A DNA stretch of 64,000 bases. Origin: Azolla caroliniana (lineage: Eukaryota > Plantae > Polypodiophyta). The translations under genes and the position numbers were made by a program. Location of the stretch: contig JBHGNT010000006.1 in assembly GCA_043228905.1 (NCBI GenBank), forward strand, positions 12,896,001 through 12,960,000. Direction: 5' to 3'. The notes beneath the pieces are model-generated. The model searched no databases. It saw nothing but the letters and a program-made list of their open reading frames with translations, and had not been told where the DNA came from. Every line of letters starts with the position of its first letter. Position 1 is the first letter of the stretch. Below are positions 1-12,172 of this stretch, in pieces.

Positions 1-330
1 GTCGCAACGCCTCTACCAGTCTCAAGACCCATTACGAGGGATGACCCAACTCCAATGGAAATAGAGTCAACATAACGTCGGGGGCCCTTATTGGATGTTG
101 AGAGGCAACGACGTCGAGCACACCACTTATGTCTATATTGTGGGGGTCCAGGACATAGAGCCGTGAATTGTCCTCATAAGCCTAGACATCAAGTATACCA
201 AGTAAGTGCACAAGCCAACCCTACTTCAAGTTCCGTTATTTCTTCTAATAACATAATTAAGCGTAGTAGTTCATGCCATGAGAATAGATTCGAGGTCTTG
301 AGCCAATTAGAGGATGTGTTAAACGAGTAA
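1..330 (+). pseudogene. gag: gag C-terminus with CCHC zinc knuckle
   Basis: ORF 91..330 contains CX2CX4HX4C; there is an in-frame stop upstream. Confidence 0.85.
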
Positions 331-3300
331 GTCCGGCCTAAATAGGAGCCATTTGGTTGGACAACCCTAGATATGTAGAGTTAGTTCCTAGTTGTGGTTC
401 CATTTCATCAAATCAAGTTAGTTGAGCTTTTTCTGCACAAGTTGAGCTTAGCATAGCTACATGTCATCGCGTCCTAGCCTCTACCCTATTAGATTCTGGA
501 GCCAACTCTTGTTTCATGGATCGTGAGTTTCCATTGACACAAAACATCCTCTTGAATAGCCTCCCCAACCCAGTATCCGTAGAAGTCATCGATGGTTGTC
601 CTATAGCATTAGGTGATATAGTCGAAGAGTTTGAGCCAATTTGTGTAGTTCTTGGTGATTTGACAAGTATAATCTATTTCAACATTATTCGTAGTCCAAA
701 ACACCCACTAGTTCTAGGTCTCCCTTGGTTTGAACTGCATAACCCAAACATTGATTGGATGAAAAGAACAATTGAGGAATCCCAAGAAAAAAGAACTACA
801 CTCGCATCCCTCAACACTCCAAAATTTGATACTGGGTCCCATAAGTTATCAACCATCTCTCTCCATCAGTTACGTGAGGAAGGGGGGAACGAGGACATGT
901 TTGTTTTTGCAATTGTAGCAACTCCATCAAGCCCATCACCCACCTTACCGGAGCCGGACGTCCAATTACCAAAAAAATACAAAGAGTTTTCAGACGTCTT
1001 TGATAAGTTGAAGGCAAATACACTGCCAGAGCATAGGCCATACGACTGCCCTATTGACTTACAACCAGGGAAAGAACCGCCATGGGGGCCAATTTATAAT
1101 CTCTCTCCTATCGAGCTAGAGACTTTGCGAGTATATATCGAGGAGAATCTTGCAAATGGATTCATCCGGCATTCTAGATCCCCTGTTGGTGCACCTATCT
1201 TCTTTGTTAAGAAGAAAAACGGGTCTCTTCGGTTGGTCATGGATTATCGATGGCTGAACAAAGTGACTATCCGGAATAGATATCCTCTACCCTTGATCCC
1301 AAACCTTTTGGAACATCTCAGTAGAGCAAAATATTTCACAAAATTGGACCTTCGCGGTGCATACAATTTAGTTCGGATTCACCTAGGGGACGAATGGAAA
1401 ACTGCTTTTCGTACTCGTTATGGACATTTCGAGTATACCGTGATGCCATTCGGTCTCACAAATGCGCTTGCAGTGTTCCATCATATGGCGAATGATATTT
1501 TTCGAGATTTTCTCGATATCTTCACTATAGTTTATCTGGACGACATTTTGATCTACTCAAAGACTGAAGAGGAGCATGATAAACATGTTCGTCAGGTATT
1601 ATGTCGACTACGAGAATATGGTCTCTACGCAAAATTAGAAAAGTGTAGTTTCGGCCAAAATCAAGTGGAGTTTTTGGGGTATGTTATAATCAACTGGCAT
1701 CTCTATGAACCCAATGAAGGTTCAAACAATTTTAGATTTTCAAACACCCCTTTCCATGCGTGATGTACAATGTTTTCTTGGGTTTGCAAATTTTTATTAG
1801 AAATTCATTAAAAATTATTCCAAGGTCATGCTTCCGCTCCCCCAACTCACGTAGAAAAATCAACCATTCATATGGAATTCAGAGGCGACCGAGGCGTTAG
1901 AAAGTTTAAAATGAGCATTTACAACAACGCCTATTTTGACTCATGTTGATCCCAAGAAACACTTCATCCTTGAAGCTAATGCATCCGATTTTGCATTAGG
2001 AAGTGTTCTATCACAAACTGGAGATGACGGGCAGCTACATCCTATTGCTTTTCATTCCCAAAAACTCGAAGCTGCAGAGATTAACTACGAGATCCATGAC
2101 AAAGAGCTTCTGGCAATTGTGGATTCTTTTCAACAATGGCGACATTTTCTAGAAGGTTCTTCTCAGCAGATCATTGTCTACAATGATCACAAGAACTTAA
2201 CATATTTCAAAAATGCTCGAGTCTTAAGTCGGCGACAAGCCCGTTGGGAGCAATTTTTGACCCACTCCAACTTCGTAATCATATATCGCCCAGGGATGCA
2301 GCAACGAAAAGCGGAAGCTCTTTCTTGACGCTCTTATATGGAACTTCATCCAAGAGAACCAGCTTTTGAGCATCAAAAACAAATCCTTTTGGGCCCAAAT
2401 CGCCTACGAGTTATGACTGTCAATTCTATAACCACACCCAGGGATTCCACTCTTCTTGATTCCATTCGAGATCATATGGCTACTGATGTGTTCACGAAAG
2501 AAGTTTTAGATCATATTATCCCGGATCGTGCTTCTTGCTCGAAGTCGCAAAACCCTCGTACTGACTATAGGCAGTTCTATTGGCATGGTGGTTTTCTGTT
2601 TTGACAAAACCTTCTGTATGTACCTGATGGTCCCCCACATTTGCAAGTCTTACAACATTTTCATGACACTCCAATGGCTAGACATTTTGGAGTAGCCAAA
2701 ACTCTAGAATTAGTTTCTCGGCGATATTGGTGGCCTCAACTTCGTCATTTTGTGGAGGAGTATGTCCGAAGTTGTGATACATGTTGTCAATCAAAGAGTC
2801 CTCGACACCAATCATATGGGTTACTCCAACCACTTCCAATTACTGAAAATCCGTGGAAGTCTATATCCTTGGATTTCATCACCGATCTCCCAGTTTCGAG
2901 GGGTTTTGATACCATTCTGATCGTGGTCGATTGACTTACCAAAATGGCACATTTTTTGCCATGTACAAAGTCTATTATGAGTCAAGAGATAGTCGATCTA
3001 GTTATGTGGGAGGTATTGAAGCATCATGGTCTCCTAGACGATATTATTAGTGATTGAGGTCCACAATTCATCTCAAAGTTTTGGAAGCACATGTTAAAAC
3101 TTCTCTGAGTTTCGGCTAAGCTTTCTTCGAGCTATCATCCAGAGACTAATGGCCAAACCGAGCATACCACCCAGACTTTGGAGCAGTATCTTCGTTGTTT
3201 CATCAACTATCAACAGGATGATTGGGTTGATTTTCTACACTTTGCTGAATTCGCTTATAACAACTTAGTCCATTCGTCTATAGGATATTCTCCATTTTTC

Positions 3301-3981
3301 GCAAATACTGGTTCTCATCCTCGTTGGACAATGACTGAACACCCCGGAGTTCCTCTCAACCCTGCTGCTACGGATCGTCTCAGTCGTCTCCAAGAAGTTC
3401 ACGCTACCATTCTCCACAATTTGTGTGATGCCCAAAGTACATACAAGAGGATTGCGGACCGTCATCGCCTAGACTCCTCAGAAATGTTTCAGGTCGGGGA
3501 TCGTGTATGGCTTCTACAACACAACATCAAGACCACTCGGCCTTGTGGTAAATTAGATTACCAATAGTTCAGCCCATACGATATCATTGGTAAGATAAGC
3601 GATGTTGCATTTCGTCTTGGCCTCCCTCCTCACATGCATCGTCTTGACCCTGTGTTTCATGTCTCCCTTCTCAAACCTTACATCACAAGTTCAATTCTGG
3701 GCCGTCTTACAACTCCCTTGCCACCGATAGAGTTTTTGGAAGGACCGGAATTTGAGGTTTCGGCCATTCTCGATTCCAAGATCGTGCGCAACAAGTTGTA
3801 TTACTTGGTCAATTGGTTAAGCTATACACCCAATGCTCGAACTGGGGAACCTGCTGAAAATTTTGTCAATGTTGCAGACATGGTCACCAAATTTCATCGA
3901 CAATATCCTCATAAGCCCGGTCCTAGTTCAACCCATGTGACTCATGATACGGGTCTTCGAAGAAGGGGGATAGTGTCATGA
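318..3981 (+). pseudogene. pol: pol (PR-RT-RH-IN-chromodomain), disrupted by stops and frameshifts
   Basis: ORF fragments 516..1763 (RT), 1936..2328 (RH), 2641..2934 and 3178..3567 (IN), 3634..3981 (EFEVSAILDSKIVRNKLYYLVNW..., chromodomain). Confidence 0.92.
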
Positions 3982-4432
3982 TGACACTTACATGCAACTT
4001 GGGTTTACAAGGAATCGAACCCACAACCTTGTTATATTCACGTCGAGTTCTTGACCATTGTAATGATATATTTATTTGTAAAAGAATTGATAAACTATAT
4101 GAAATACTATAGAGTAATCTAGAGTACTCTATGTTCTAGAATGTTCTAGAATATTCTAGAGTGCTCTTTTGTCTAGGAAATTCTAGAATATTCTAGCATG
4201 GTCTTTATTCTAGGAAGTTCTAGAATATTCTAGCATGGTCTGTATTCTATGACTTTCTAGAATATCCTATTAAAACTTATAAATATGCATATTACCATAA
4301 GGGATGAACCAATTTGGTTCAATGCCATTCTAGAGCTCCCTTATTTACTCGTTGTATTCCACTCTTCTATTGCAATACATTATCTTTACAATACTCTCAC
4401 TCACTCACTCTCTCTCTCTCTCTCTCTTGACA
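3974..4432 (+). repeat. 3' LTR of chromovirus copy 1
   Basis: Follows the PPT; TGTCA/TGACA termini; internal TCTAGAATATTCTAG palindromic repeats (about 4118-4265); TATAAAT near 4278; (CT)n before the end. Confidence 0.88.
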
Positions 4433-5630
4433 CATGCTCTTCCTGGGTCTTCGAATAAATCAATAGATCATCCAGATAGATGATCAAATAGATATCCAAG
4501 AGATCTCTGACTATATCTTTTGCCATGTGTTGGAAGACTGCGGGCGCATTGGTTAGACCGAACGACATAACGGTATACTCAAAGTGCCCATATCGAGTGC
4601 GAAAAGCGGTCTTCCATTCGTCTCCCAGTCAGATCCGCACAAGGTTATATGCTCCTCGTAAGTTGATTTTTGTAAAAAACTTGGCACCATTTACACGTTC
4701 TAATAGACTTGATATAAGGGGAACTGCATACCTATTCCGAATGGTGACCTTATTCAAGTTGCGGTAATCAATGACGAGACAAAGGAATCTATCTTTCTTT
4801 TTGACAAAGAAAATGGGTGCACCGGCCGGAGATTTTGAATGACGAATAAACCCGCTTGCCAAATTATCTTCTATGTAGACTTGAAGGACTTCCAACTCGG
4901 TTGGTGACAAGCTGTAAATCGGTCCCCACGGTGGCTCTATTCCTAGTTGTAAATCGATGGGACAATCATAGGGACGATGATGAGGAAGAGTACCAGCTCT
5001 GACCTTGCCAAATACATCAGCATAAGGATGATATTTCAAGGGAAGTTGAACTAAGGATTCCTTTTTAATAGTGCTGGAAGGATGTACTGATATTGCAAAT
5101 AGAAACATTGACTCCTTGCATCCTTCTTCACATAATTGATGGAGCGAAATGGTCGAAACTCGATGACTACATTCTCGGGGTTGTCGATACCGGAGTTCTC
5201 TTGTTCTCCAATCTATGTCTCGATTATGTACTTCAAACCAAGGTAATCCCGGGAGAATGGGATGCTCTGGACTACTAATTATATTAAATGATACCACACA
5301 CACAAAGCTATCTATGGGTTCTGACTCTTCTATGATATTCCTAGAAGCAATGGGACGACCATCAATGACTACTACAGATGCAGGGCAAGGAAGTTTTCCT
5401 AAGTATATCTGAGAAGCTTGGGCAAAATTCCGATACATGAAACAAGATTTGGCTCTAGAATCTAAAAGTGCTATGACATGTACTCGAGGGGTACTTTTAG
5501 TACTAATCATGACTTGGGCTAAGAACACATTGCTAACTTGCTTAGAGGGAATGGAACCACTAATGGGCTGCACAGATCTAGGGCTTTCCAACCAAACGGC
5601 TCCTATTTTGGTTGGACTTAGTCGTTTAAC
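4433..5630 (-). pseudogene. pol: pol (PR and partial RT) of copy 2
   Basis: LLDSRAKSCF protease motif; PIFFVKKK and RGAYNLVRI RT motifs. Confidence 0.9.
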
Positions 5631-6775
5631 TCTTCCTCTAATTGACTGAGGATTTCAATTTTGTTTGAGATACTTGGGCTATTAATACTATTAATACTAT
5701 CAGACACTCCTAAGGGAATTGACTTGGGTTTAGTATAGGCTACGATTTGATTTACTTGTCTTCTTGGCCTATGGGGACAGTTGATGGCGATATGCCCTAG
5801 TCCACCGCAATAAAGACATAATCGATTTGCACATCGTCATTGCTTTTCTTCTTCTAATAACGGGCCACATCGACGCATGGTGTCGATCACCATCGGCATC
5901 GGAGTATTTGCCTGAGATACATCTCGTGCAACCGGTTTAGTTGCGACTGAGGTGTATGTGGGCTCTGGCCTAGTCCGTGGCATTTGAAATTGACGTTCCG
6001 AACGTCGTTCGAAAAGGCGGTTGTCGCATCGGACCGCTCGACTGATTGCCTCTGTAAGAGATTTTGGTTCTTCAGGAAAGGTTAAAAGTAAATCTTTGAC
6101 ATTGTTTCGCAGGCCATAGCGAAACTTCTCCATTAGTGCTTGATCATCCCAAGGGATATCTGAGGCGAGTAGACGGAAATCCTCCACGTAGGCAGAGGCT
6201 GCTGGACGATCGCCTTGACGCAATTGTCGGATTTTGTTGATCGCCATCCTGATGCTATCGGTATCTCCAAAGTAGGCTTTAAACTCACTAATAAAGTCTT
6301 CAAAATTATTAAGCAAGGGAGATTGTTTTTCCAAAAGCGGAGCAAACCATGCCAAGGCTGAGCCACTGAGCAACGTGCCTATTAGGCCTACTCGGGATGC
6401 ATTAGTGGGGTATCAGGAACGATGCATTTGCATGATTGAGCGTACCTGATTAAGGAATCCTCTAAATTGTGAGCGCGTTCCATCGAATTTCACAGGAAGA
6501 CCAATCTTGGGCTCTTTATGAAGTCGTTGGGGACTTGATCCCTATTGTTGTAACGCTACGATGGTTGCTTCGAGTTGTTGTACGCGTAACGCTAACTCCC
6601 CATGTTGTTGTTGCAACTCCACATGTTGTTGATGTGTTTGTTGTTTTTCTGAAGCGATTTGTTGAAGATCCCCTAACAATCATTGGTTTTCTTGTTCCAA
6701 TGCAACGAATTTTTCTTTTAGACACTGTAGCTCAGAAAAAACGGATTGATATTCCTGGGCGCTAACAGTAGCCAT
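5618..6775 (-). pseudogene. gag: gag of copy 2 (frameshifted)
   Basis: ORF 5837..6373 with the retrotransposon capsid signature (ALAWF...IRQLRQGDR...FRYGL); zinc knuckle near 5780-5820. Confidence 0.85.
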
Positions 6776-6896
6776 AGTATTGGAAAAAGGGGTAAGAGGA
6801 TGAGGGAAACTGAAAAGAAGACCAGAGGGAAATTTTGGTTCAAAATGTTAGGAATAGTTCTAAAACAGAGAGAGAATTAGTACTAGAGAAGGGAAG

Positions 6897-7602
6897 TGTT
6901 GGGAGATAGGTCCCTCCGGATGCGAAGGGAGAAGAACAGTGCCGACGAACAAACTTGGCCGAGGCCGAAACGGTATGCGGAGAACCCGACTACGGAGAGC
7001 CGGATGATACAGACCCGGTGAAGACCGGATGAGGAGTACCCGGCTACGGAGAGCCGGATGGTGCAGGCCCGGTGTGAACCGGATGAGGAGTACCCGGCTA
7101 CGGAGAGCCGGATGGTGCAGAACCGGTGAGAACCGGAGGAAGAGACATATTCGTAAATATGTTTCTGAGAGCCCATCGAGGCTATATTTGTAAATAGCCG
7201 AAAAGTCATATTAGTAAAAATATGACTTAGGGCAAACTTTTAGTTGTTGTTGTCATTTTCTTGTTGGTGCAAGAAGAAGAGAGAGCACGTAACAGTGTAC
7301 AGAGAGAGAGAGAGAGAGAAAGAGGTCGCTACCTCTGTTGTAACCGCCGCCTGTGGCGAAAATCGTGAGCACGAGGTCGTTGCCTTTGTGAACTCACTAT
7401 TTTGTACATTCCAACTTAGTGATAGTTTGCAGCCTGTGGGCTGCCGTGGTTTTTCCCTCTTTGGGTTTTTTCCACGTAAACATTCTGTGTACCCTTTTTT
7501 CTCTCCTTTGTGTCAAGTGTTTTTCGTTTATTGTTTCCTGTGTATGAAAAGAAGCTCGGTTGTGGCCGAGCGTTGTGTATAAGGAGCGTTGAGTTCCCGT
7601 CA
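6897..7602 (+). repeat. 5' LTR of C1a (706 bp)
   Basis: Direct repeat of 12173-12932; contains 54-bp CCGG-rich tandem units. Confidence 0.95.
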
Positions 7603-7604
7603 AG

Positions 7605-7616
7605 TGGTATCAGAGC
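7605..7616 (+). promoter_or_regulatory. PBS complementary to initiator tRNA-Met
   Basis: TGGTATCAGAGC, 2 nt after the LTR end. Confidence 0.95.
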
Positions 7617-7632
7617 GAAATCGACACAGAAA

Positions 7633-10600
7633 ATGGACGAATCATTTGGCGGCATGTTCAAGCTCACCGGCTCCAACTATTCAGTATGGAAGGCGAAGAT
7701 GAGGGACATGCTCATTGTTAAAGACCTCTAGCTGCCGGTTCAATTCGGGGACAAGAGACCGGACAAAATCGACGCCGCGATATGGGAGGTGATGCACATG
7801 AAGAAAACGGCGTACATACTGTGCTTCATCGACATGAGCCAGTACAACAACTTCAATGAAGAGAGCAAGGCTCATGAGCTCTGGGAGAAGATCGGCATAA
7901 TGTTTCAGAACAAAAATGTTGTCAATCAGGTGTCGGTATTCCGGAAGCTAGTAAGACTCCGGTACCAAGATGGCTCCAGCATGGCGGAGCACATGAATGC
8001 CTTCCAGGGGCTGATACACCAGGCAACTTCATTGGAAGTACCTCTCGTGGATGAGGTACCTGCGCTACTCCTGCTCGATTCCCTCCCGGATAGCTGGGAG
8101 ACGTTGGTTGTCACTTTGGGCAACACCGGGCCGGAAGGAAAATGGTTATCCCTAGCAAGAGTAAAGTCGAGCTTGCTAGATGAGGAGGCGCATCGGAAAG
8201 ACAAAGATACGAGCTCCGACTCCAAAGCGGTTCTTACCGAATCGGAACGTGGAAGACATAGAAACCGTAGTCCCCAGAACCGGGAGAAGTCGGGGACACG
8301 GTCAAAGTCAAGGGGGAGGCCTACTTGCTTCTATTGCGGCAAGCCGGGACACTTCCAAAAGAACTATCGGCATTTCTGTAAAGACAAGGAAACCGACGGT
8401 ACCGATTCGAAGCAAACCTCAGACCGGAACGGTAAAGACCGAAAGGGGTCGGACCGGAAGGGAACGACGGCAATCGCGGCTAGCGAAGAAGAGTTTATGC
8501 TCATCACCGAGGAGAGTGAAATAAACCTTGCCGGCGACGAGATGACCTGGGTGGTAGACTCCGGAGCGTCGTTCCACCTTACCCCGGAACGGAAATGCTT
8601 CTCATCCTATTCAGCCGGTGATCACGGCTGTGTCCGGATGGGGAATGAAGGAAAATGCCGAATTGTCGGCATAGGAGACGTGTGGCTGACAACACCAACC
8701 GGATGCAAGTTGCTGCTGAAAGATGTCCGACACGTTCCGGAAGTTCGTCTGAACCTGATATCAGCCGGTCGGCTAGATGATGAAGGCTACACGGGTAGCA
8801 TCCGGAACGGTGTTATGAAGTTCAGCAAAGGGAGCCTGATTGTGGCTCGGGCCAGGAAAGTAAGCACATTGTACCTGATGAATGCCCGGTTATGTCCGGA
8901 AGAAGTGAATGTGGCATCTGACACTACCGGTGAGCTGTGGCACAAGAGGTTGTGTCATATGAGCGAGAAGGGGATGAAGAGGCTTGCAGACGACAACCTC
9001 ATTCCAGTGAAGAACGTGCACTTAGAGAAGTGCACTGATTGTCTGGCCGGTAAGCAGAACCGGACCTCCTTCCGACCAAGGCCACCGATGAGACGTAATG
9101 CACCACTGGAGTTTGTGCATACGGATGTGTGTCAGGTAGACATGAAGTCACATGCCGGAGCGCAGTACTTCGTGACTTTCATAGATGACCACAACCGGAA
9201 GCTGTGGGCCACACCATTGAAGACGAAGGATCAGGTGCTATCCGTCTTCAAAGAGCTCCACGCGAGAGTGGAAAGAGAAACCGGCCGGAAGCTGAAGGCG
9301 GTTCGAGCAGATAACGGAGGAGAGTACCGAGGGCAGTTTGAGGAGTACTGCCGCTCGAAGGGAATCCGGCTCGAATTTACCGTGCCAAAGACGCCGGAAC
9401 AAAACGGTCTGGCCGAGAGGATGAACCGGACCATAATGGAGAGGGTCCGGAGTATGTTAACGCATGCAAAACTACCCAAGAAGCTTTGGGTTGAGGCATT
9501 GTCGACGGCGACATATGTGATAAACAGATCACCCTCAGTACCCTTGGACGGAGACATGCCACAGAGAGTATGGACCGGTAAGGAAGTGTCCTACCGGCAT
9601 CTGAAGGTGTTCGGGTGTCTCGCGTACGTGCATGTAGCAAAGGACCGGAGAGGAAAGTTAGATCCAAAGACCCGGCCATGCATATTCCTCGGTTACGGTG
9701 ACGATGAGTTCGGCTACCGAGTGTGGGACCCGGTCGACAAGAAGGTATTCCGGAGTCGAGATATTATCTTCATGGAGAACAAGACGCTCGCCGACTGGGA
9801 GTCGGAGAAGAAGATAATGAACTCCGAGTCGACCGGTAAGGATAGACCCTACGATGAGCAGACCCAACCGGCAAGAGACCGGTTAGCACTCGAGGGACCA
9901 GCCGGTTATGGTGAGGATACCGAACAGGCTGAAGAAGAAATAGTGGAAGCTGAAACCGGAACCGGCCTAGACCCCGAATCGGATTCGGATGTAGAGCATA
10001 TGGACGAGGCGGTTACTGAAGCCTGAAGACGGAGATATCCTCTCAGAGAGAGAAGGGCGCCCCGGAGATTTCCAGATGCAGAGCATGTTCTGCTGACCGA
10101 TGAGGGGGAGCCGGAAAGCTTCGAAGAAGCGAAGGAAGACACCCACAGCCGAAAATGGTTAAGTGCCATGGAGGATGAGATGGATTCCCTGCATGAGAAC
10201 CATACGTACGAATTGGTGGAGTTGCCGAAAGGAAAGCGAGCACTTCGAAACAAGTGGGTCTACAAGTTGAAACCGGGAGATGCCGGGAACCCCCCGAGAT
10301 ACAAAGCCAGGATCATGGTGAAGGGATTCTAGCAGAAGAAGGGCGTGGACTTCGATGAGATATTTGCCCCGGTAGTAAAGATGACCTCCATCCGAACGGT
10401 GCTGAGTATAGCAGCAAGCATGGATCTCGAGGTAGAGCAGCTGGATGTGAAGACGACATTCCTTCACGGTGACCTCGAAGAGGAGATCTACATGCAGCAA
10501 CCGGAAGGATTCGTGGAGAAAGGGAAGAAGCACCTGGTTTGTCGGTTGAAGAAGAGTCTCTGCAGAGCATGTTCTGCTGACCGATGAGGGGGAGCCGGAA

Positions 10601-12162
10601 AGCTTCGAAGAAGCGAAGGAAGACACCCACAGCCGAAAATGGTTAAGTGCCATGGAGGATGAGATGGATTCCCTGCATGAGAACCATACGTACGAATTGG
10701 TGGAGTTGCCGAAAGGAAAGCGGGCACTTCGAAACAAGTGGGTCTACAAGTTGAAACCGGGAGATGCCGGGAACCCCCCGAGATACAAAGCCAGGATCAT
10801 GGTGAAGGGGTTCCAGCAGAAGAAGGGCGTGGACTTCGATGAGATATTTGCCCCGGTAGTAAAGATGACCTCCATCCGAATGGTGCTGAGTATAGCAGCA
10901 AGCATGGATCTCGAGGTAGAGCAGCTGGATGTGAAGATGACATTCCTTCACGGCGACCTCGAAGAGGAGATCTACATGCAACAACCGGAAGGTTTCGTGG
11001 AGAAAGGGAAGGAGCACCTGGTATGCCGGTTGAAGAAGAGCCTGTACGGACTGAAGCAGGCTCCCCGACAATGGTACCGGAAGTTTAACTCCTTCATGAC
11101 CAATCAAGGGTACCACAAGACGCAGGCCGATCACTGCGTGTTTGTGAAGAAGTTTGAAGGAGGGGACTTCCTGATACTCCTCCTGTACGTGGATGACATG
11201 TTGATTGTCGGACGGGACCAAGTCAAAATACGGATGCTGAAGAAGCCTCTCAACCGGACCTTCTCAATGAAAGACTTGGGTCTGGCAAAACAGATGTTGG
11301 GGATGCACATCATCCGGAACCGTTCAGCGAAGCAATTATGGCTGTCACAGGAGAAGTATGTGACAAAGGTGCTTCACCGGTTCAACATGTCAGAAGCGAA
11401 ACCGGTCGGATCGACACTTCCGGCAAGCTGCAGGCTATCCAGCAAGCAAAGCCCGAAGACGAAAGCAGAGAAGGCGTATATGATGAAGATTCCATATGCC
11501 TCTGCCGTCGGGAGCTTGATGTACGCAATGGTGTGTACCCGACCAGATATAGGATACGCAGTCGGAGTGGTGAGCCGGTTCATGAGTAATCCCGGCAAGG
11601 AGCACTGGAACGCGGTCAAATGGATACTCCGTTATTTGAAGGGCACTTCAAATATGTGTCTCTGATTCGGCTCTCGAAAACCTTAATTGGACGGTTTCAC
11701 CGATTCGGACATGTCGGCTGATGTGGATACCAGCCGGTCTACATCCGGGTATATGATGACATATGCAGGGGGAGCTGTTTCGTGGCAGTCGAGGCTGCAG
11801 AAGACAGTTGCATTGTCAACCACGGAGGCGGAGTACATGGCAGTTGTGGAAGCCGGCAAGGAATCTTATGGATGAAGGACTTCATCGGTGAGCTCGGTAT
11901 ACGGCAAGAGGAATACCGACTCTATTGCGACAGTCAAAGTGCCATCCACCTTGCTATGAATGCGGCCTACCATTCCCGAACGAAGCATATCCAGCGGAGG
12001 TATCATTGGATCCGGGAAAGAGTAGATGACCAGGAGTTCGCACTGACGAAGATCCACACGGCCGAGAACAGGTCAGATATGCTGACCAAAGTGCTGACAC
12101 CCGACAAGCTGGATGCATGCCGGAAGAGAATCGGACTGGTAAGACACCCCATGCCAGAGTGA
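7633..12162 (+). pseudogene. copia Gag-Pol polyprotein, disrupted
   Basis: ORFs 7789..10026 (Gag, PR VDSGAS, IN), 10652..11665 (RT, YVDD) and RH fragments. Stops at 7729 and 10024; 484-bp internal duplication. Confidence 0.95.
10077..11044 (+). repeat. 484-bp tandem duplication in RT
   Basis: TGCAGAGCATGTTCTG starts at both 10077 and 10561. Confidence 0.95.
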
Positions 12163-12172
12163 AGGGGGAGTT

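Larger units (their letters stand above)
1..4432 (+). mobile_element. Ty3/gypsy chromovirus (Tcn1-like) copy 1, 5' part outside window, decayed
   Basis: Gag zinc knuckle CLYCGGPGHRAVNC, then PR (LLDSGANSCF), RT (YLDD), RNase H, integrase and chromodomain. PPT AGAAGGGGGA at 3961-3970. 3' LTR bounded by TGTCA...TGACA. Inserted into the RT of copy 2. Confidence 0.93.
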
